64,000 nucleotides of DNA from Octopus sinensis (Eukaryota), in the NCBI RefSeq assembly GCF_006345805.1, contig NC_043005.1, positions 44,888,001-44,952,000 on the forward strand, in the 5' to 3' direction. Position 1 is the stretch's first letter. The number at the start of each line of letters is the position of its first letter. Below, piece after piece: positions 53,711 to 64,000 of this stretch. A program made the position numbers and the translations under genes. The notes under the pieces were generated by a model that saw only the letters and a list, made by a program, of their open reading frames with translations, did no database searches and was not told the origin of the DNA.

Positions 53711-56035
53711 ATATATATATATATGATGGGCATCTTTCAGTATCCATCTGCCAAATCCACTCACAAGGCATTGGTCAACCCAAGGCTATAACAGAAAACA
53801 TTTGCCCAAGGTGCCATGGAGTGGGTCTGAACCCAGAACCGTGTGCTTGGGAAGCAAGCTTCATACCACACACCCATGCCTGAAGTTAAATATAAATTTC
53901 CTAACAGACTGTTAAGTTGGCCTGTTATGAAGATTGAATATTTAGCATCTAGATACATAACAATGACATTACAATCTATATAATACATTGTATCATACCA
54001 CACCTCATGTGATACAGTATATACATAAGCAATTCAATCTATGTAGGTACCAATGGACTAGTGAAGGCACATTGCTCAGTGGTTAGAGCATCAGGCTCAC
54101 ATTCATGATGTAGTGAGTTCAGTTACTGGACTGGACCGTGTGTTGTGTTCTTGAGCAAGACACTTTATTTCACATTGGTCCAGTTTACTCAACTATAGAA
54201 ATGAGTTACAACATCACTGGTACCAAGCTGTATCAGCCTTTGCCTTTCCCTTGGATGATATTAGTGGTGTGGAGTGGGGAAGCTAGTATACATGGGTGAC
54301 TGCTGGTCTTCCATAAACAACCTTGCCTGGACTTGTGCCTGGAGTGTAACTTTCTAGGTGCAACCCCATAATCATTCATGACCAAAGGGGTCTTTACCCT
54401 TTATCCTATGGACCAGGCAATATCAACTGGCCCATGGGTGTCTACGTGCAGTGCATATAAGTTTCCTATAGGCATCTATGGTAGAGGTGGTGTAGTCCAC
54501 AGATACTTTTAAAAACCTCATAACAAAATAAATAAAACAAGATAAGCAAAAAAAAAAAACTTGTTTGGAGGTGTAGATGCTTTAGGTAAGTTTATTTTGC
54601 TGCAAGCATTCAAGTAAGCTTTCCAGTTTGAGAATAATTACTGCTCACCAGATCTTCATTCTGCTTTCAATACCACGTCAATGAAAATCCAGCCCTCAAC
54701 TCTCTCTCTCACTCTCTCTCTCTCTTACACACACACACACATAACTTTTTAAAGTTATCTCTACAGATTTCTATAGAAAATCTGCACAGTTAACTTAAAC
54801 GAGTGACTGAATTGCACTGCTAACAGAGGTAGGACACAGCATTGATTTATAAATCATTTAACATACTTTGTAGTTTTTGATTTTTAATTAGTGTATTTTT
54901 TATTTTAACATGGATTGGGAGTTGTCCGGTAGAATATCCATATGAAATAATTGGTCGTATTTTTAGGGTTTTATATTTTACTTGTTTTTTATAGTTGTAT
55001 AACGAAATACAGTGTCCCTGCCAGCAATTAATACTCACACACACATATATATATATAAATGGGAAATGAGTCAAGTAAGAGTATACAAAATTTTATAAGC
55101 AACACAGCAGGATACAAAGGTGAGTGGAAGACCTCACCTGGCAAGAACATATTCTTGTACTTTCCCACCCATGCCAGCATGGAAGGCAGATGCTATACGA
55201 TGATGATGATAATGATGATATGCTTTGAACAGTCCATTGTTTGGATTAGCTCATTTTTTTGTGCAATTTTTTTTTTTACTTCCTTCACAGTAATTGAAAG
55301 GAATATTCAATCCACAACATCGATGGTTCAAATTCACATGGCTCTAACTTTCCAGATCATCATCATCATCATCATCATCATTGATTTTCTTTTCTTTTTA
55401 TGTCTGATTTTTCTTCTTTGCATTGATCAGATTGGTTCTTTTCAACTCAGCGTCTTTGTAGCATTTCCTTTCTTTTTTCATGTTTAATGTTCAACCTCCT
55501 GACAGGCAGTTTTCATCATTTCTGCCCATGTCTTCCTTGGTTGCCATCTGCTATAGTTTTCTTCCACTTAAATATCCTGCCACTCCTTATCTTATTTCTT
55601 TACTGCCCACAAAGGGCTCCACACAGAGGGGACAAACAAGGACAGACAAACGGATTAAGTCAATTATATTGATCCCAATGCATAACAGGTACTTATTTAA
55701 TTGACCCCGAAAGGATAAAAGGCAAAGTCGACCTCGGCAGAATTTGAACTCAGAACGTAGCGGCAGATGAAATACCACTAAGCATTTCGCCTGGTGTGCT
55801 AATGTTTCTGCCAACTTGCTTATCTGCCATACAAATCACATCTCCATATCGATGGAGTCTTCATTCTTTCATATTACAACCGATCCCTCTTATATGCAGT
55901 TTATCCATCAGCTCATCTGCGCTGTGTCCTTCATGCATCTTTTTATAACTTCTCTTTTTCTTGTTTCAGTCAATTAGACTGTGGCCATGCTGGGGCACTG
56001 TCTTGAAGAGTTTTCAGTCAAATGAATTAACCTCA

Positions 56036-56195
56036 GTCACTAGCGTAGCTGGAGGAGGCGGGGGCAGTCCGCCCTAGGTGGCACTTTCCATCCTGTTGTA
56101 GGCTTTTACTGTAGGCAATATGTGTTTTTGTGGGGTCTGGGGCAGCAAATGGAAAGGCCACCTTGGGCAGCACACACTCTAGTTATGCTAGTGAC
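56036..56195. mobile_element. Small TIR element (hAT-like MITE) inserted in a SINE tail
   Basis: Termini GTCACTAGCGTAGCTGGAG and CTCTAGTTATGCTAGTGAC. It splits a minus-strand family A tail. Confidence 0.55.
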
Positions 56196-57015
56196 CCCTG
56201 TAGTTATTTTTGTAAGCTTGGTTTTTATTCTATTGGTCTCTTTTGCCAAACCATTAAGTTACAGGAATGTAAACAAACCAATACCAGTTTTCAAGTGGTG
56301 GTAGTAGTAGTGATTGGGGCACAAACAGACACAAAGAGACATGGTTGCAAAGCATGCATCTTAAACACACAGCCATGCCTGCACCTATAAGGATTAGATG
56401 AAAACAACCAAATATCTTTGGCTTTTGGAGAGAAGGGAAGAGAAGTTGAAACATCACTAATTACTGAAGGTGCTGCTGCTATTGCTGATGGTGGTGGTGG
56501 TAGTGGTGGTGGTGGTGCTGCTGTTGCTGCTAGTGTTGGTACTGGTTTTGATGATAACAGTGACAACAGCAATGACAACAATGACAGCAACAATGGTGAT
56601 GATTCATTATGATGATGATGATGACCATTGGCAATAACAATGACGATGATGATGATATGATGATGATGGTGGTAATAATGATGTTGACGATGATGACGAT
56701 GATGATGATGATGATGACGACGATGAAGATGATGATGATGACAGTGCTGGTGATGATGAAGATGATGATGATGATGAGGAGGATGACAATGATGATGATG
56801 ATGATGATGATGACGATGATGACGATGATGACAATGATGATGATGACAGTGCTGGTGATGATGATGATGATGACGGTGACGATGACGATGATGTTTGATG
56901 GTGATGATAAAAACTTGAACATTATTTCATATAGAGGAAGAAAAAAAAGACAAAAATAAAACAAAAAAACAACACTACGTATACTCTTTAAATGTACAGA
57001 AAATATATATATACG

Positions 57016-57053
<38 letters not shown>

Positions 57054-58070
57054 ATATATATTATATATATATAATATATGAAATAGAGAGTGTAAAATTG
57101 TTTTCAGAGACACATCCTGAATATACACTGCCACTGTCTGATAAATAGCATCAGATTAATGCTTAGTGCTACAAGATGGAAAAGGAATAAAAAAAAAAAG
57201 AAAAATGGAAATTATTTTAGATTTAGAAAATAATGTTCTGTGTCAGTAGGCCGAAAGGTTTTAAAATTGCTTTCGAAATTTCTGAAGTGAATCGAGACAT
57301 CCTAATAGCAATTGACAGAGCATTCTTTTTCCTTCATCTTCTCTCTCCTTTTTTTTTTCCTTTCTTTCTTTGTTTTTTGTTTTTGTTTTTTTTTTGTTTT
57401 TTTTTTTGTATATGGAGAATGAAGTGAAAAGATTGTTTATGGGGATGGGGTGTAGAAGTTCTTCTATATTTTCCTATATTTTCCTATAACCATTATTCAG
57501 TAGTACTAAATGATGCAAGACTACTATGATAATGATAATATATGTACCTGCCTTCCCATTCTATGATTTTTTTCACTTGACAGATGCTAATTTTCTCTCC
57601 CTCTTTTCCCTCGCTTGTATATGCATGTTGTCATACTGTATGCATATCTACACACTCACACACACATACACGCACACACACACACACATACATATATGTG
57701 TTATTTGAAGAATCCTGTCACGTTAATGTGTATATAATTATTTTTCTCTCTCTAGCTTTTCTTTCTCCGTATATATGTGTGCATGTATTGATGTATATAT
57801 ATCCGCGCGTGTGTGTGTATACATACATACACACACTCATGTATATATATGTATGTGGGTATGTATATATATTATATTATATATATAATTATATATATAT
57901 ATGTATGTATATATATATGTATATATTATATATGTGTTGTGTGTATATATATATATGTATGTATATATATATATATGTATATATATATTATATATATATA
58001 TATACATACACATATATATATATATACATACATATACATATATATATATATGTGTGTGTGTGTATGTATA

Positions 58071-58121
<51 letters not shown>

Positions 58122-58128
58122 ATGTATA

Positions 58129-58191
<63 letters not shown>

Positions 58192-58378
58192 TCATCATCA
58201 TCGTTTAATGTCCATTTTCCATGCTGGCATGGGTTGGATGGTTTGATAGGAGCTGGCCAGCGAGAGAACTGCACCAGATTTCACAGTCTGTTTTGACATG
58301 GCTTTGATGGTTGGATGCCCTTCCTAATACCAACCACCTAACACAGGATGTGCATATGTATATATATATCTGTGTGTG

Positions 58379-58432
<54 letters not shown>

Positions 58433-59663
58433 ATATATGTATATATGTAGTCAATTTGAGGATGTAATTTCCTCCTTAGGATTATAAAATCCAGAGACCA
58501 ACTGGTGTTATCAATGATATATTGAGAGAATTTTCAAAAATATAAAAGGACAAACAGTCTAATTTATAGTTATACTAATATAAGAAAATGGAGAAAAAAT
58601 ATATTGTCGATACTTATTTTATTTGAAAACTGAAAATGCCTCTCATATATATGCATGTGTGTGTGTGTGAGGTTTATTCTCTGTGCGTATGTATGTGTGT
58701 GTGTGTGTTTCACTGTGCTTGATAATTGAAAATGAGTATCACTGTCAGGCGAGTGGTGTCCTTTGTTTATAAATTTTTTCACATGGAAACAGGTTGGCAA
58801 CAGGAAGGGCATTAGAAAATTTACCTCAGCAAATTCCATCTAACCTATACAAATATGCAAAAGTAGACACTGAAATGATGATGATGATGATGAGTTATCA
58901 CCCCAAATTTAAAATTCAGAGGTTTGTGTAAGAGAGTTCCCTTCCGAAGCACAAGCCTGGGTGAGATTGTTTATGGAAGACCAGCAGTCTCCCATGCATA
59001 CCAGCCTACTCTCTCCACACCACTGATGTTATGTAAAGGAAAGGCAAATGCCAATACAGCTTAGCATCAGTGATGTCACAACTCATTTCTACATCTGAGT
59101 GAACTAGAGCAACGTAAAATAAAGTGTCTTGCTTAAGAACACAACACACAGCCCAATCCAGGAATCGAACTCACTACCTCATGACTGTGCACCCAATGAT
59201 CTAACCACTGTGCCATGTGCCTTCACTATCTCCTTGCATAAAACATGACCTAATTCATTCAGGGTTCATAGTCTTACAAGCTGCATGGCAGTTTCTGTAG
59301 TGTTGGTGGCATGAAAAATGCATCTAGTATAAGGTGTAAAGTGGAAGGCCATCCACCTGTAGAAACCATGCCAACCAGACACTGGAGCATGGTGCAGTTG
59401 TTGGACCCATCAGATTATGTGAAACTATCCAACTCATGCCAACATGGAATCATCATCATCATCTCATCATCGTTTAGCGTACGTTTTCCATGCTAGCATG
59501 GGTTGGACGGTTCTACTGGGGTCTGTGAAGCCATAAGGCTTCATCAGGCCCAGTCAAATCTGGCAGTGTTTCTACGGCTGGATGCCCTTCCTAACGCCAA
59601 CCACTTCATGAGAGGAATATGGATGGTAAATGATGATGACGATGATGTCATCAGAGCTAACTC

Positions 59664-59698
<35 letters not shown>

Positions 59699-59809
59699 TA
59701 ATAATTTGCAAAGATTATTTCCAGCAGGTAGACATACTTAGTATGTCCTTTGATTAATTTATTTTAATCCTTCAGCTATATATATAAATCTTTATATTAA
59801 TCCTTCAGC

Positions 59810-59845
<36 letters not shown>

Positions 59846-60245
59846 TGTAGGAAAGAATGGAAATGGAGATTAGGAAGTTAATAATTGCTTACTATTAACC
59901 AATAGCCTGAGGCTGATCAAAGCCATGTGAATGGATTTGGTTGGTTGACGGAAACTGAAAGAAGTCCATTGTACATATATATATATATATGAAAGAAAAA
60001 AAGAAAATGGTGATTAGGAAGTTAATGATTGTTTAAGCGAAGATGACCAATTTGTTGTTAATAACAAACAATTATTAACTTCTTAATCTCCATTTTACTT
60101 TCTTCTTTTAAATGGATATAAACTATATGCTTTATATGCACCGATTATTTTTAGAGAATTTCATTTCTCCAAAATACTAGGTATTGAACCAGTATTTCCT
60201 TGGATACAACCAACCCTTCATGAGGTTAACGTACACTCTAACTAA

Positions 60246-60327
<82 letters not shown>

Positions 60328-60776
60328 AGATATGCAGGAGTGGTTCTGTGGTAAGAAGCTTGCTTCCAAACCACATGGTTCTGGGTTCAGTCCCACTGCG
60401 TGGCATCTTGGGCAGGTGTCTTTTACTATAGGCTCGGGCTGACCAAAGCCTTGTGAGTGGATTTGGTAGGCAGAAGCTGAAAGAAACCTGTTATACATAT
60501 ATGTATATTATATATATGTATACATATGTATTTGTGTGTTTGTTATTTGTGTCTGTGTTTCTGCCCCAACCATCACTTGAAAACTGATGTTGGTGTGTTT
60601 ATGTGCTTGTCACTTAGCGGTTTGGTAAAAGAGATCAATAGAATAAGTACTAAGCTTACAAAGAATAAGTCCTGGGGTTGATTTGTCTGACTAAATTTCT
60701 GCATAGCCATAGTCAAATGAATGAAACAAATAAAAGAATAAAAGAATAAAAGAATATATATATGTATTTGTGTATG

Positions 60777-60810
<34 letters not shown>

Positions 60811-62177
60811 TTTATGAGTGTGTGTCTTTGTGTCTGTATTTATTCCCCCACCATCGCTTGACAACCGATGTTGGTATGTTTACGTTCCTGTAACTTACTG
60901 TTTTGGCAAAACTGTACAATAGAATAATTACTAGGCTTACAAAGAATAAGTCTTTAGCTTGATTTCTTCAACTAAAACCTTTCAATGTGGTGCTCCAGCA
61001 TGGCCATCGTCAAATGACTGAAATGAGTAAAAGAAAGAAAGAAAAAAAGAACATACTTCGACAATAGATCATCATCATCATTCAGTGTTTTAAATCCGGG
61101 TTTTCTCCTCGTTAATGGGGGTGGCCGGATCTACCTCAATGCCACATTAACCACCCTCACAATATCTTGCCATCTTACCTGGTTTTGTGTGTCCTTCTTT
61201 TCCAGACTAACCCTTCCAATCTCCTCCTCCACATGTCCCCTCCACCTGTCCTCTCCACCTTTTCCTCGGTCTACCTCACTTTCGCACTCTATTTACCTTA
61301 AATGCAGTCACCCTCCTCAGAACATGCATTTCATATACACAAAATATTAAAACATTTATTTTTTTATGTATAATTCCTAATAAAATTTAGTTATAAAATA
61401 TAAGAATTTTTAGACATCAAATATCTATGAGGGTCAGTCCTCAATGAGTAAAATAGGGATCAAAAGGGTGTCCATAGGAAAAAGATGGTTGAGAAACGCT
61501 GCTCTAGAGCAATGAGAGCTATGTGCCTTCTTGTAAGGGAACAGTCAATGTGTTTTATTAAATTGTGAAAATACGTTTCTAAATATCACTGTTGTGAGTT
61601 GGTTGAAAGTTTCCTGCCTGAAATTCTAAAATAAAAAAGTTTTCTTCAACACTCTTAGACTACCAACATTTTTGTAATATTTGCTCAAACAGTCACACTA
61701 AGTTTGTTTTCTTGGTAAGAAAACTTAGCTTCTGCCCTGCAGCAAACCACCTGAGCAGTTTATGACCTTCAGTTCATGGCATTTTGTTATAAATCTCCAG
61801 TGAATCACCTACACCTAAACTATATATATATTTTTTTTTATTGTTTTTTTATTTTATTTTTCATTCCATCAGAGATTCCATTGCATTATTTTGGGTATAT
61901 GTATATTGATTTTCTGCCAATTCTCACTCTACATACATATACATATACACACATATGCACATTCACACACACACACACACACACATGCACACACATGCAC
62001 ACACATAAATAAGTGTGTGTGTACATATCTATATATATATATGTGTGTGTGTGTGTACATGTATATATACATGTATACATATATTTAAAAAATTTGAGAA
62101 AAACACAACAAATAACATTGTACAAAAACATAACAAACAGAAATCTCGTAGCTACATCCAACAACATCCAAGAAATC

Positions 62178-62219
<42 letters not shown>

Positions 62220-62708
62220 GTATTCATACACACAGAAACATATATTTATATTTTCACACACACACACACACACACACATACACACACACAAAATGATCAT
62301 CCAATCTAGATAACACTAATATCACTATTAATCTCGCTTTTTCTTCCTTGGATTGAATATGAATTTGATTAAAGAAACTATGTATCCAGACTCTAATATA
62401 TTTTGCTTAGGCACCAGATTGGAACCTGGTGTAGCCCTCCAGCTTATCAGCTTCAGTCAAACCATCTAACCCATGCCAGCATGGAATGTAGATGCTAAAT
62501 GATGATGATATATATTTGTATATAATCTTCTGCTATACTGTAGAAGACTATATGACTATATATATTGTGACTAGATCAGGTAGATGGAGATGGATGGATG
62601 CATGCATATATGTATGCTTCAATACATATATAGCCAGTGATGATATATATATATATATATAGTAATACCAGCGTTATAATTATTTTTATTTTATCAAATT
62701 TGATTTGT

Positions 62709-62741
<33 letters not shown>

Positions 62742-62808
62742 ATATATATATATAAACAAATCAAATTGCGATAAAATAAAAATAATTATATATATATATA
62801 AAATAAAA

Positions 62809-62844
<36 letters not shown>

Positions 62845-62953
62845 CAGTGGATATATATATGACAGGCTCTCCCATTGAAGATGACATAAGCATGTTCAGT
62901 GAGAAGACAAGAATGTGTATGTGTGTGTATATATATATATATACATACACACA

Positions 62954-64000
62954 CAGGGTGTGAGGGGTATTTGAGGATAGTTTTGGTATATAATAAAAAC
63001 AATTATATTTCAGCATAAATAAATATGTATTTGAATAAACGTTTGTGCAATTAGTCTTGATAAGGATCTTTTAAGCAAATCATTCTATGGAACCACCTTC
63101 GACTTCGATGACTGCTTCAATGTGGAACCAAAACTGCTGGCATGCTGACTTTATATGGTCCTTATTCATTTCAGACATCATCTGGACAATGACAGCCTTC
63201 ACTGAAGCTACGGTACTATGAAGATGACAATTAGTCTCCCTTTCAACAGTGCTTCACACATAGTAGTCCATAGGGTTCAAATCTGTTGAGTTTGGAGGCC
63301 ACATATCGAGTGTTACATAATCATAAAGATTGTCTGACAACCATTCTTGGGTGACTAGGGCTTTGTAAGATGGTGCTGAGTCTTGTTGAAACACGTCTGG
63401 CCTTCCATTGTATACTTCATAAATCCAGGGCTTGATAACAGTTTCCAGTACCTTAATGTATTCAGCAGCATTAATTCTAAGTTGGGAGGCATCACATGAC
63501 CTTCACTACTCACCATTCCTAAAACCATCACATTTGCTGGAAATTTCATGTGCATCACTCTGGATATTTCCGAAGGGTCTGCACATAAGCACCTGCCATT
63601 TCTTCTGTTAGACTTTTGATGCTGCTCAAAGTTTTTTTTTTGTCAGAGAAAAATCAAAGCATGCCTCGTTGATGAGCTTTTTTTCACTTTGTTAAGTAAC
63701 CATTGTGAATGGGTGAGACATTCTTCCTGTATCTTTGCAGACATCTATTGGCGTTTCCTCATTACATTGAACTTGTATCGGATGTCACAGTTCTGATAGT
63801 CCACTCTGACATCCGAAGTTCTTTAGCAATGGACCTCTTTGATCTTCTGGTGTTTTCATTGGTAACGTTTTGAACATGTATAAATTCTGCTGTCTCTTTA
63901 GTGTCTGAGCTTTGTGAATGTTTTTTCCTCTTTGATACAGGTGAACCAGTACCATCACATGCCTCCAATTCCAACCAAACTTTGTGTACAAATGATCTTG
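62954..64000 (-). pseudogene. Degenerate DD37D (maT-type) transposase, running off the window end
   Basis: Minus strand gives MKFPANVMVLGMVSSEGHVMPP and VFQQDSAPSYKALVTQEWLSDNLYDYVTLDMWPPNSTDLNPMD (37 spacing), ending IEAVIEVEGGSIE*. TIR CAGGGTGT…TTGAGGATA at 62954. Confidence 0.9.

Overview
AT-rich, microsatellite- and SINE-dense animal DNA. The repeat families resemble coleoid cephalopod (Octopus-like) genomes; this is inferred from memory, not from a search. One gene is clearly identifiable: an intronless MORN5 orthologue (29428-29964, +). It lies head-to-head with a probable unidentified spliced gene on the minus strand (candidate exons 28621-28346, 7144-7041 and 4728-4599 join in phase into about 169 aa). 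The rest is mobile DNA: a nearly intact IR/DR-type Tc1 (DD34E) element with one frameshift (12656-14278), decayed DD37D (maT) and DD34D (mariner) elements, mariner-, piggyBac- and hAT-type MITEs, Helitron-like termini, RTE and Penelope-like fragments, and at least four SINE families. The most unusual signals are: (i) minimal type I hammerhead-ribozyme motifs of three sequence families, including a 332-nt unit bounded by hammerheads in tandem (retrozyme-like) that is interrupted by a second, inverted hammerhead-bearing insertion; and (ii) a dense set of unrelated, near-perfect local fold-back palindromes, one of them pre-miRNA-like. Almost all ORFs in the supplied track are microsatellite artefacts.
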